A stretch of 64,000 nucleotides of DNA from an uncultured archaeon (GTDB taxonomy: Archaea > Thermoplasmatota > Penumbrarchaeia > JASLWR01): assembly GCA_964430885.1 (NCBI GenBank), contig CAYSHM010000003.1, positions 64,001 to 128,000 of the forward strand, written 5' to 3'. Under the pieces are notes generated by a model. It was not told the DNA's origin. It worked only from the letters and a program-made list of their open reading frames with translations, and made no database searches. The translations under genes and the position numbers were made by a program. Position 1 is the stretch's first letter. Every line of letters begins with the position of its first letter. Below are positions 29,050-38,828 of this stretch, piece by piece.

Positions 29050-30288
29050 ATGAATGTACCCCAACAACCTGAAGTCAACATTGGAATGGTTGGACATGTT
29101 GATCATGGAAAATCTACACTTACTGAGAAACTATCCGGTGTATGGACCGATAAACACAGTGAAGAGGTAAAAAGAGGCATTTCCATAAGATTAGGTTATG
29201 CTGACGCTGCGTTCTACATATGCCCTAAATGCAGTTTTCCAAAGGGGTATTCAACGAGTCCTGCCTGTCCTTACTGTCAAAGCGAAACTGAACTTCAGAG
29301 ATCGGTATCTTTCGTAGATGCTCCAGGCCACGAGACGCTCATGGCTACCATGCTTTCCGGCGCCGCTATAATGGACGGAGCAATACTTCTGATCGCTGCG
29401 AATGAGAAATGCCCTCAGCCCCAGACAAAGGAACATCTCATGGCGTTGGAGATATCCCGTGTTGAAAATATTATTATCGTTCAGAACAAGATTGACCTAG
29501 TTGATAAAAAAAGACTTCACGAGAGCTATGGGGAAATCAAGGAATTCATTAAGGGAACAGTTGCGGAAAAGGCACCAATTATTCCAATATCTGCACATCA
29601 CGATGTCAACATTGATGTCCTTTTATATTATATTGAAAAAATTATCGAAACCCCAAATTTTAATGAGGAAAAACCTGCAAGAATGCATGTGGCCAGGTCC
29701 TTTGACGTTAATAAACCCGGTGCTACTGAGAATGAGCTTATCGGAGGAGTACTGGGCGGTTCTCTCAAACAGGGAAGATTGAAGATTGGAGACGAGATAG
29801 AGATCAAACCGCCGCGAAATGTAAAGGTCGGCAACATGGATTTCAAATATGACAAACTCTCCACCACAGTTACGGGATTGATATCCGGCGGTTATGAGAG
29901 AGATGAGGTCAAACCCGGAGGTCTTATCGGCATTAGTACCTCATTCGACCCTACCTTTACAAAATCAGATGCTATGATAGGAACTGTTCTGGGAAAGAAA
30001 GGAACTCTTCCGGATACCCTGAATGAAATGACAATTGAGTGCCATCTATTGAGTTTTGTTGTAGGTATGGATAGAAAGAAAGATGTGGAGGATCTCAAGA
30101 TCAACGAGCCACTTATGCTGACCGTGGGATCATCTACTACAGTGGGCATTATCAAGAAACTGTGGGGAAAAAATAAGATCGACACATTCCTCAAATTGCC
30201 AGTATGCGCTGAAAAAGGGGAGACCGTGGCATTATCCAGACGTATAGGCGGAAGATGGAGACTTATAGGCTATGGGATTATAAAGTAA
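29050..30288 (+). CDS. eif2g: Translation initiation factor aIF2 gamma
   Basis: GHVDHGKS, RGISIRLGY, zinc knuckle, DAPGH, NKID, WRLIGYG. Confidence 0.98.
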   Translation: MNVPQQPEVNIGMVGHVDHGKSTLTEKLSGVWTDKHSEEVKRGISIRLGYADAAFYICPKCSFPKGYSTSPACPYCQSETELQRSVSFVDAPGHETLMATMLSGAAIMDGAILLIAANEKCPQPQTKEHLMALEISRVENIIIVQNKIDLVDKKRLHESYGEIKEFIKGTVAEKAPIIPISAHHDVNIDVLLYYIEKIIETPNFNEEKPARMHVARSFDVNKPGATENELIGGVLGGSLKQGRLKIGDEIEIKPPRNVKVGNMDFKYDKLSTTVTGLISGGYERDEVKPGGLIGISTSFDPTFTKSDAMIGTVLGKKGTLPDTLNEMTIECHLLSFVVGMDRKKDVEDLKINEPLMLTVGSSTTVGIIKKLWGKNKIDTFLKLPVCAEKGETVALSRRIGGRWRLIGYGIIK

Positions 30289-30356
30289 TCTCTTGATTTT
30301 TTTTTCTGTTCTTATTCTTGATTCTTATTCAATATAAATCCCCGCAGATGATTAGA

Positions 30357-30734
30357 ATGATGGACCTCGGAAAAATAAAAATTATAGCCGATACAAACGC
30401 CCTCCTTATGCCGTTCCAGTTCAACATAAACCTTGATAGTGAACTAGATAGATTGTTCGGCATGTGGAAATTATATGTGCCCAAGTGTGTCATCTCCGAA
30501 CTTGAGGGGTTATCCAGGGACATGCCCAAGGCCAAGACCGCACTGATATTTTCCAAAAGATATGAGATTATCGAGACTTCTCGTAGAGGAGACGAAGGAG
30601 TACTGGAAGCCCTGAAGAAGATAGAGGGTTACCTGATTACAAACGACAAGATTTTAAAGAAAAGAGCCTTGGAAATTAGTAGCGGCATAATATACCTGAG
30701 AAGCGGAAATCACCTTGAGATACTTAACCCCTAA
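30357..30734 (+). CDS. PIN-domain protein (Fcf1/Utp24-like)
   Basis: IIADTNALL, V..EL, GD, TND..L; conserved position after aIF2gamma. Start uncertain. Confidence 0.85.
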   Translation: MMDLGKIKIIADTNALLMPFQFNINLDSELDRLFGMWKLYVPKCVISELEGLSRDMPKAKTALIFSKRYEIIETSRRGDEGVLEALKKIEGYLITNDKILKKRALEISSGIIYLRSGNHLEILNP

Positions 30735-31780
30735 ACCAAATCATTCATCTTCTTCCTTTTTTCATTAGCCAAAAGGTGAGCCTGCCTCAGAGGTTCAGGA
30801 ATCCTGAACCGGCAGAGACTTTTCACCGTATCCAAGGTAGTCTGGGGTGAGATCCGATGGCCAGGGGAGATATATATCGGGTTTTTACATCGCGCGGTCG
30901 GCAAATATTCATATCCAATTACCTCACCCTGCCTGATTAGTGGAACAGCCTCCTCAGGGATTTTGAATGAAGCCCTTCTTTTGCCTCTTCCCGGGTTTTG
31001 TTCACCATGAACATTAATTCGTTCACAGCATCCCTTTAAAAGCTTCTTGGCAACACCAATTGTCGATCTATTAAGAAGAACGCCCGCATGTGATGCCAAA
31101 CCCAATCCCAAGGGATGAATTACCCCGTTTCCGTCCAAAATGAGAATATCCCAATCATTAAACGATTTTACCAACTCCAGAATTAATGGAAGTTCCCTGT
31201 AGGATAGATATGTGGGGATATATGGTGTGCGGACTTCAGCCGAAACATATTTTACATCAATTATTTCATTCTTTTTCAGGTCCCATAGGACCAATGCACC
31301 GACACCTAGATCTTTGTCAGAGCCTTGGATCCTTTGATATGATACATCCGCCCCCGCACATAAGTTTAATTGATTAAATGAATCCTCGAGAGATACCTTC
31401 AAGGACAATTCCATCTGTTCTTTCCGAAACAACTCCAGAATCCGCTCTGTGCAGAATTCTCCGAATAAAAGGCTTTTAAAATTATCAATTTTTCCTCCAG
31501 CTACCAAAACCTCTTCCTTCCTGAGAATAAGCTCTTTACGATGCGAGCCAGTAGCAAAACCACCTAGAGAGCCATCACCCATCACAACCCTATGGCAGGG
31601 TACAGAGGGAGCATACTGGTTCCTGTTCAGCATCAAACCAACTGCCCTGGACGCCCTGATATCCCCCAAAGCCAAGGCCACTGCTCCATAAGTAGTAACC
31701 CTTCCTTCAGGTACCTGTCTCACAATATGATAGAATTCATCTAGAACCTTGTGGTCATCCAAGCTTATCAATGTAACCAC
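30731..31780 (-). CDS. O6-alkylguanine alkyltransferase - endonuclease V fusion
   Basis: VPEGRVTTYG...PCHRVV (AGT), then GADVSY, PYIP....RE, DGNG..HP, PIYISPGH (EndoV). Confidence 0.92.
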   Translation of the reverse strand: MVTLISLDDHKVLDEFYHIVRQVPEGRVTTYGAVALALGDIRASRAVGLMLNRNQYAPSVPCHRVVMGDGSLGGFATGSHRKELILRKEEVLVAGGKIDNFKSLLFGEFCTERILELFRKEQMELSLKVSLEDSFNQLNLCAGADVSYQRIQGSDKDLGVGALVLWDLKKNEIIDVKYVSAEVRTPYIPTYLSYRELPLILELVKSFNDWDILILDGNGVIHPLGLGLASHAGVLLNRSTIGVAKKLLKGCCERINVHGEQNPGRGKRRASFKIPEEAVPLIRQGEVIGYEYLPTARCKNPIYISPGHRISPQTTLDTVKSLCRFRIPEPLRQAHLLANEKRKKMNDLV

Positions 31781-33600
31781 ATAGGCAGTTGCTTATCAAA
31801 TCCGGAAAGACGGAGACCTGTTACAGCAGCTGTAGAATAATCCTTAGCCAGCAACAAATCCGAACTTAATCCTCCCAGCTCGGAGAGGGAAAGACCTACC
31901 AATGCTCTGACCAATTCACTTCTGTACATGTCAATCCAATCGGACAGCCGTGCACCCAGTTCCTCCGCGATACGGGGGTCCATTTCCGGCTCCCCTAGCA
32001 AGGGACTCAGCTCATGACAGGGGGCGGAGATCTCACATGATTGGCAATCACCGCATCCCACCTTGGGCCATGTGACAATATAGTCAGCCCCCATGGATAA
32101 ACATTTAAGAATGTCCTTAGCGCTGGAAAGATCGGTCTCCAGACCCAAAGATATATTCTGATACTCCGGAAATTCCTCCCTGATACTCCTGATGATCGAA
32201 AGCACTCCAATTAGAGGATACCTATCCCCCTTCAACCTCCGGTCATAACCATTGCGTCCGGTCTTGAAAATAAGGGAATCAACATCGGTCTTCAATAAGA
32301 GCTTCAGATCGCCGTATACATTTCCAGCAGCCAATCTGATCATTACAGGTACCCTCCTCTGGGTGATCTCCCTGATTAGAAGGATGTGGTTCCTTAGATC
32401 TGACATGGATATCATATCCAGATGCCGGTTGGGAACCGGATATCTAAGAACATCCATCCACCCATCTCCTCCGATGTTCTTCTCAAGGGTTGTATCGTAC
32501 CCCAGTATCCCCTGTTCGGTTAACCAATAGGACGATATATCTATTACTACACCGGAACAGTTTGTGAACTTTTCAGTGGATATGTCAATCCTGCTGGGGT
32601 CCCATACGACCACTGGTTGAGAGCCCTTTTTGCCCTCTATCCGGGCCCCCTCCACGTACTTTCCCAAACCCTTGATATAGGGAATTTTTTCATTATCGGA
32701 AACATTGGATATCTGAAGCAATGCTTCCGAGTATAATAGTCCGTCAAAAGGAAGGTTCAGTATAACCGGCAGGGTAGAGACTAGCGGATCCGGGATGTCC
32801 TCATCACCAATTACCATGCCCAAGGCCTCACGGGGAATGTGATAATCATAATCCATTGTCACCGGTGATGAAAGCATAGGTGAAGGAATGAGTATGTTCT
32901 CCAGACCATTGCCATCCTCATCAATATAATCCTGTTCCGCATACATATCAGCTATGGAAGGGTAGGTGAAATCCTCTTTTGCAATTATCTTCATGAAAGA
33001 GCCCGGATCCGCATCTATACCGTAATGTTCGAAATAGATCTGAAGTTTTCTTCTGTCCTTGCTGCTTGATTCGACTGCCTCAACATTATTGGCTAAGGAC
33101 ACAATTTCTCCACCTACGAATATACTTCCTCCTATCATCAAGTGACCCACTCGGCCGCCCACATCTCCGCAGATTATTATTGATCCAGCAGTCTGCATCA
33201 AACCTATATCATTTCCGGAGTTCCCTTCGACAAGTATAGTTCCTCCTGAATTGGCCATACCCGTACCATCACCGGATGAACCGGTGACCAGGAGTATTCC
33301 TCCCTTCATGTAAGCTCCGGCCCCGTAACCGGCGCTGCCGTGTACAATTACTCCTCCATCCAGCATGTTATCGGCCACATACTTGCCGACATCACCCTCC
33401 ATCTCGATCACTGGCCCCTGGTTAAGGGAAGCGAAGAAATCTCCTGCCTCGCCAATAACATTCAATTCAACTTCCTGGGTCATCCCGACTGCAACAGCAT
33501 GCTGCCCACGCAGACCTCCAACCTTTATCTTGGTACTTTTCTCCGTCTGACCGAGAATTGCCCTGTTTATATCCGGTGTTTTAATAGTCTTCGATGCCAA
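31768..33600 (-). CDS. Glutamate-synthase-related protein: GXGXG beta-helix fused to divergent FMN-barrel domain
   Basis: N-terminal GxAGxxxGxxMxGG repeats. C-terminal HLDM.S..DL...I..IRE.T...VPV, DILKCLSMGAD, CGDCQSC. Confidence 0.75.
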   Translation of the reverse strand: MASKTIKTPDINRAILGQTEKSTKIKVGGLRGQHAVAVGMTQEVELNVIGEAGDFFASLNQGPVIEMEGDVGKYVADNMLDGGVIVHGSAGYGAGAYMKGGILLVTGSSGDGTGMANSGGTILVEGNSGNDIGLMQTAGSIIICGDVGGRVGHLMIGGSIFVGGEIVSLANNVEAVESSSKDRRKLQIYFEHYGIDADPGSFMKIIAKEDFTYPSIADMYAEQDYIDEDGNGLENILIPSPMLSSPVTMDYDYHIPREALGMVIGDEDIPDPLVSTLPVILNLPFDGLLYSEALLQISNVSDNEKIPYIKGLGKYVEGARIEGKKGSQPVVVWDPSRIDISTEKFTNCSGVVIDISSYWLTEQGILGYDTTLEKNIGGDGWMDVLRYPVPNRHLDMISMSDLRNHILLIREITQRRVPVMIRLAAGNVYGDLKLLLKTDVDSLIFKTGRNGYDRRLKGDRYPLIGVLSIIRSIREEFPEYQNISLGLETDLSSAKDILKCLSMGADYIVTWPKVGCGDCQSCEISAPCHELSPLLGEPEMDPRIAEELGARLSDWIDMYRSELVRALVGLSLSELGGLSSDLLLAKDYSTAAVTGLRLSGFDKQLPMWLH

Positions 33601-33850
33601 TTACATCACCCTGGTAAATTTTGAGAAAAATCTGCTCTTTCAGTATTTCTGAAATGGATATTGCATAATGAATATTTACCAATATTGCAGTGTTTTAATA
33701 ATAAAAGGTTTATTTATACTAATCTCTACTTTCATACCAAAAAGGAACCATACTGTAAACTTAAGAAGCGCAGTCATCCGTGATAAGTATAAATGCTTGA
33801 TGCAAACAGATTATCAAAAAAAAAATTGGCTGCAGAAATTGTTATAATTG

Positions 33851-35383
33851 CTATAGAAGGGGTATTTCTATAATTTTCTCAATCGCAGAGGTCAGTGCTC
33901 CACTGCGGATCGATCTATGGACAACATCAATATCGGTTTTCATATACCGGTCCCTATCCAAACGGGGGACCTGCTTTCTTATCTCATGATAGGCCGCATC
34001 TGTTCCGAATCCTCGCTCCTGTTCCCTGAATTCCAAGGCCTGGGCTGCAACTATGACACCCATTGACATAACATTGAATACATTTTCAATTACCTGAGAA
34101 CACTTATATGCCGATGTGGAACCCATAGACACATGATCTTCCTGCCCTGCTGATGTTGGAATTGAATCACAGGATGAAGGATGGCACAGTACCTTGTTCT
34201 CTGCCACTAGGGAAGCGGATGAATACTGGAGCAACATCAGCCCCGAATTGAGTCCGCCCTCAGTAGTGAGAAACGGTGGAAGACCTGAAAGATGAGAAGT
34301 GAGCGTTCGGTATATCAACCGCTCGCACCAGTTTGCCACTTCGGACACCCCAATACAGAGATAATCCAGAACAAATGCCATTATTTGACCGTGGAAATTT
34401 CCCTGTGAGATTATATCATTATTATCAAGGAATATCAGAGGATTGTCTGTGGCCGAGTTCATCTCAATCTCTACCTTCTCCCAAACATGTTCTAGAACAT
34501 CTGCGGACGAACCTAGTATCTGAGGCATGCAGCGCAGAGTATATGCGTCCTGAACCTTTGGACAGTCCTTGTGGGAACCAATAATACCGCTCCCTTCCAC
34601 AAGACTGAGGAGGTTTGAGGCTATCTTTATCTGACCCATATGAGGGCGGACCTGATGCACCCTAGGATCCAAGAAACTGTCTGTTGCCATTAATGCTTCC
34701 ATAGCCATTGCCCCGATGATCTGGGCAGTCTTGATAATTAGCTTTGCGTCGTGGCAGGCCGAAGCACCTATTGCAGTCATGTAATGGGTTCCATTTATTA
34801 GAGCTAATCCTTCCTTGGACTCTAGTATCAGCGGCGATAAGCCCAAATTACTGAAGGCCTGTAAAGAGGACATTTTTCCCCCATTAAAATAACATTCTCC
34901 CCGGCCGCAAAGGGAATTAACCATATGGGACGATTGAACCAGATCACCGCTGGCCCCAACGGAACCCTTTGAAGGAACAACGGGTATCAGACCTTTGTTC
35001 AAACATTCAACAAGAGTCTCCACTACCACAGGTCTCACACCTGAAAAACCTTTGGCAAGGGCATTTATTCTTACCACCATCATGGCCCTTACCTGTTCAA
35101 GCTCCATATCCGGCCCTACACCGGTACAGTGAGACAGTATCAGGTTTTCCTGAAGCTCTTTCAAACTGTCCTTATCGATCTTCTTGTTGGCAAGTTCGCC
35201 GAAACCTGTGTTGATCCCGTATACTGTTCTGCCTTCACTAATGATATCATCCACAAGGGATCTGCTGTTCTTTATACGCACCCAGGATTCCTTGGAAACA
35301 CTAACATCAGCATCATTTCTGGCAATGGATACCAGTTCATCAATGGTCAGATGGTTCCCGGTGATCTCGATGATTTTGGACAT
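33851..35383 (-). CDS. hutH: Histidine ammonia-lyase
   Basis: YGINTGFG, GASGDL (MIO), KEGLALINGT, QDAYTLRC, GNFHG, QEDHVSMG. Confidence 0.95.
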   Translation of the reverse strand: MSKIIEITGNHLTIDELVSIARNDADVSVSKESWVRIKNSRSLVDDIISEGRTVYGINTGFGELANKKIDKDSLKELQENLILSHCTGVGPDMELEQVRAMMVVRINALAKGFSGVRPVVVETLVECLNKGLIPVVPSKGSVGASGDLVQSSHMVNSLCGRGECYFNGGKMSSLQAFSNLGLSPLILESKEGLALINGTHYMTAIGASACHDAKLIIKTAQIIGAMAMEALMATDSFLDPRVHQVRPHMGQIKIASNLLSLVEGSGIIGSHKDCPKVQDAYTLRCMPQILGSSADVLEHVWEKVEIEMNSATDNPLIFLDNNDIISQGNFHGQIMAFVLDYLCIGVSEVANWCERLIYRTLTSHLSGLPPFLTTEGGLNSGLMLLQYSSASLVAENKVLCHPSSCDSIPTSAGQEDHVSMGSTSAYKCSQVIENVFNVMSMGVIVAAQALEFREQERGFGTDAAYHEIRKQVPRLDRDRYMKTDIDVVHRSIRSGALTSAIEKIIEIPLL

Positions 35384-35767
35384 AGCTGTCAACCTCTTGT
35401 TGTCAAACTCTTTTTAATTTTGAATGAAATATGATGTTGAATCTCTGTGATTGTGACTGAATCAATATAGCTATTGAAATGCAAGGAATGGACACGGGTA
35501 TTGTATGGAAAATTGTAAATCTCATCTAGTACAGGTCATAAATGCAAATATTTCTTGAAATATTTTGATATGGTTTAAATAATTTTTAGTAAATTATTGG
35601 GATTGAGAGGCATATAATCCGTCCTACATATTTAATATTTGCCAAATTTAATCCGGCCAAAGGCGATATAATCTGGAATGAACATTATACCGGCCCCCAT
35701 AAACATGCAATAAAATATTTATACAAATATGGCTGATATATTAATACCTTTAACAGGGGAGATCGAA

Positions 35768-36292
35768 ATGAACTGGTATTCCAAGGATAGAAGAGCGGTG
35801 TCGCCAATAATTGCCACCATTTTACTGGTAGCCATATCTCTGGTGCTCATAGGTGTAATTTTCATTTGGGTGCAGGAAATAATAGATGTCCCAAAAGAGG
35901 ACGCCCCGGATGTCAACCTCGCGGTAAGCACGGAAACCGCTGGAGACGAAGTATATTTCAGAATACTCATCACCGACATATCCGAGGAGCCTTCCCTGAA
36001 CAATATCGAGTACAAGGTCTTTGACGGAGGAGGGAACCTTCTTGAGGAAATGACCGCAGACTCTGAGGTATATGGTAATTTGGCTCATTTGGAAACACAT
36101 GATGACCAACTTCTGGGCGTAGGTTTTTCCGACAATGATGCAGACGGCAGGCTTTCAACCGGTGATTATTTCCTGGTGAAGAAGTTCTTTGATAAAAATT
36201 ACGCTCAGGACATCGACATATCCGATGGAAAGATGATCCTCATCTACGGCCCCAATAATGCTGCAATGGAAGAAATCTCTTTCGGATTCTGA
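35768..36292 (+). CDS. Archaeal type IV pilin
   Basis: Class III signal peptide DRRA/VSPIIATILLVAI; DNDADGRLSTGD motif. Confidence 0.88.
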   Translation: MNWYSKDRRAVSPIIATILLVAISLVLIGVIFIWVQEIIDVPKEDAPDVNLAVSTETAGDEVYFRILITDISEEPSLNNIEYKVFDGGGNLLEEMTADSEVYGNLAHLETHDDQLLGVGFSDNDADGRLSTGDYFLVKKFFDKNYAQDIDISDGKMILIYGPNNAAMEEISFGF

Positions 36293-36316
36293 TAGGAAAA
36301 CCTTTGATACTGCTGA

Positions 36317-37606
36317 TCAATTTATTCCTGTGAACTTTGTATTTATCCAGTCTATCACATAGCTGTCAGGATCTTTGTCACTTTTCTTGTATACATACTC
36401 CATTATAAACGCGTATAGAAGGGGTGATTTGTATTTGCTGATAAAGACGCTGAGCTGATACAGATAATCGCTGATGACCATTTTCCGATAGCGGGGGCGG
36501 TCCTTTCTGTACCTTCTCAATCTCTCTACATATCTAACTATCATATACTCAAACATATCCGGATCGGAAATGTCCTCCCGGCCTATGAAATAGTTCTTTC
36601 TTCTTTTTACTCCGGGGGTCTCTATTAGCTGGATATCCCTGAATCCCCTTATTATCCTTCTGAACGAGTTCAGTTCATATCCTATCTGTATATCTATCTC
36701 AGAATGAAGCTGTTTGACGGTCTTATGAATTACAAGATCATAATCGGTGAATATCTTGACTATATCCACCAAGGTACGGGACACAAAGGTCCTGGGAAGG
36801 TTTTCCGGATGACACATCCATCTGAAGGAAAATTCCAGTGTGTTCATCAGAAAATCCTTGAGTACATCCTCTTTGGTGAAATCCGTGTTCACAGGCAGGT
36901 CATCGAAGCGCTTGTACCGGGAACTTTTCCTCTTCAGCATGCATTTGGGAACCTTTCTGCGGGATAGAAAGTGGCGTATCTCTTTTTTCAGCTCCTGCTG
37001 GTATTGGATCATGGACCCTTCATTGTTAACTATTATGAGACGGGGTTTGAAGAACTTGTTCTTAGGGCCCCTTCTCTTGAATCTTTCGAAAATGTCAAAA
37101 TAGGAGATCAATATCTTTTCCTGGAGCTCCTTATTCTCAAAGTACTCAGTTATTCCCTCACTGCGCCTTAACGAGGAATTGATCCTTCTCATTGTAGTTT
37201 CTATATCTGAATAAACAAAAATTACCAGATCGGGCACCATGGCCTGAGCATTAACTTCCAGAAGCCAATTTATATCATTGAATCCCTGGGTGCTTTGATA
37301 TGCCAAGGACGAATAGAGATACCGTTCGGTAATTACCACATTCCCCTTCTCTATCTCTGGCCGGATGCAGTTCTCACAATGATGTCTTCTATCCGCTGCA
37401 AAAAGAAGGGCTTCAGTCTCTGAATCAAAGGTCTTGTTCTTAATATTTTCACGGATGAAATGTCCGATATCCTCTTTTGTAGGCTCGTGGGTCATGACTA
37501 TATTGCATTTCAGCTTATCCTCCAGATATTCTTTTAAATATCTCTTGCCGACACCCTTGCCGGAAGCATCGGTTCCCTCAATCACAATGAAATAGCTCGT
37601 GGTCAG
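36317..37606 (-). CDS. tmk: Thymidylate kinase with ~200-aa C-terminal extension; start codon problematic
   Basis: FIVIEGTDASGK, HEPT, ALLFAADR, ERY..SSLAYQ, PDL. Confidence 0.85.
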   Translation of the reverse strand: MTTSYFIVIEGTDASGKGVGKRYLKEYLEDKLKCNIVMTHEPTKEDIGHFIRENIKNKTFDSETEALLFAADRRHHCENCIRPEIEKGNVVITERYLYSSLAYQSTQGFNDINWLLEVNAQAMVPDLVIFVYSDIETTMRRINSSLRRSEGITEYFENKELQEKILISYFDIFERFKRRGPKNKFFKPRLIIVNNEGSMIQYQQELKKEIRHFLSRRKVPKCMLKRKSSRYKRFDDLPVNTDFTKEDVLKDFLMNTLEFSFRWMCHPENLPRTFVSRTLVDIVKIFTDYDLVIHKTVKQLHSEIDIQIGYELNSFRRIIRGFRDIQLIETPGVKRRKNYFIGREDISDPDMFEYMIVRYVERLRRYRKDRPRYRKMVISDYLYQLSVFISKYKSPLLYAFIMEYVYKKSDKDPDSYVIDWINTKFTGIN

Positions 37607-37914
37607 TTCCCCCTGCGCTGAAACATTATTTATCTAAAATCCATATTATACCTTAACCCAAAAGACCCGCAAGTATCGGTCATGGAAAAGTTCTCAAAAT
37701 TATGCTGAAACAAGTTATTTTCATAAGCGCAAACTATCAGTTAATCAATTGAAGTAAATTAGGTTTTCTCTCTTTATGATGGCAGAACGGTTTTTTTATC
37801 AGTGACTAAATTGGGGAATTCAGCAGAATCTTTTATACTCACAGCTGGTCTGTAAGCTGGAAACGTGAAATATATTGAATAAAAAAAGTGAAAAAAGTTG
37901 GTTTAACATATTTC

Positions 37915-37946
37915 GGATATTGGGACATTTGGATATTGGAATATTT
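37915..37946. repeat. Imperfect 8-bp tandem repeat, 4 copies
   Basis: GGATATTG GGACATTT GGATATTG GAATATTT. Confidence 0.5.
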
Positions 37947-37965
37947 TCGAACTGCTGCTTCATCC

Positions 37966-38604
37966 TCATTCGTTCATAATACGCATGTACGCCCGCAGAT
38001 GAACAGGTACTGTGGATTCATTTAATACAAAAGAACGGCCGGAACCTCCGCAGAGATAGCATTTCTTCTTGCCTTTGCAGTGATAACAGCTCCCCAAACC
38101 CTGACATTCGGGACATTGCCCTGAACCCTTGCAGCTGGGACACTTCTCCGTTCCCCCGCAGGCATTGCATCTGCCCAGGGATCTTAGGCAGTAGATGCAC
38201 TCTCCGCTGCCCTCACATATGGTGCAGTGACCTGCCCCTTTACACATGAAACATCTGCTGTCATCGCCGCATTCCCGGCAGATACCCCTTCCGTCACAGG
38301 CATCACATCTCCTCTGGTCATACTGCACACCTGCATTGTAGAAGCACTCCCTGGCATGATCCGCCATCTTGAAATGCATTGCACACACTCCCCTAATGAA
38401 CCATGCTTCTTTATCACCTTCGTTCATCTCCAAAAGAGCCTTACATTTATTGAAGGCTTCCCTGTATTCCCTTTCATTGAGAAGCCTTTTAACGGCATCA
38501 AGACGCTTTTGAAGAGCTTCCTTGCTTGGGAGTTTGGAAGCACAGCCTGCACAGTACAAATAAGAATCTTCGTTCTCCTCGCCGCATTTAACACATTTTT
38601 TCAT
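37966..38604 (-). CDS. Zinc ribbon + TPR + extended DnaJ-type Cys-rich repeat protein
   Basis: CVKC..CAGC, a TPR-like pair (EAWFIRG), then ten CxxC motifs at ~9-aa period. Confidence 0.8.
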   Translation of the reverse strand: MKKCVKCGEENEDSYLYCAGCASKLPSKEALQKRLDAVKRLLNEREYREAFNKCKALLEMNEGDKEAWFIRGVCAMHFKMADHARECFYNAGVQYDQRRCDACDGRGICRECGDDSRCFMCKGAGHCTICEGSGECIYCLRSLGRCNACGGTEKCPSCKGSGQCPECQGLGSCYHCKGKKKCYLCGGSGRSFVLNESTVPVHLRAYMRIMNE

Positions 38605-38828
38605 AGATAAACACCAAATAACTCGATTTGTTAGATTCCAACATTATTCAGGTACTTAAAAATGGTTTTGCTGTTTTTGCAATAATCCTCGGGTTTTCGG
38701 ATGCAAATACCAATAGGTTCTAATAAGCTAATCATAGACTTTATCTTTCCATACGAAGCGTAAAAAAAATGTTTACCATGGAGTATTGACCTAATGATTT
38801 TATATTAATAAGATAATTGCTGTGCTGT

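Noticed and set aside
35462-35477. Inverted repeat TCAATA-N4-TATTGA upstream of hutH
   Set aside because: Short, AT-rich and single-copy, with no regulator nearby. Likely chance.
37966-38604. Multiheme cytochrome or polyferredoxin
   Set aside because: No CxxCH motifs, no signal peptide and no CxxCxxCxxxCP pattern.
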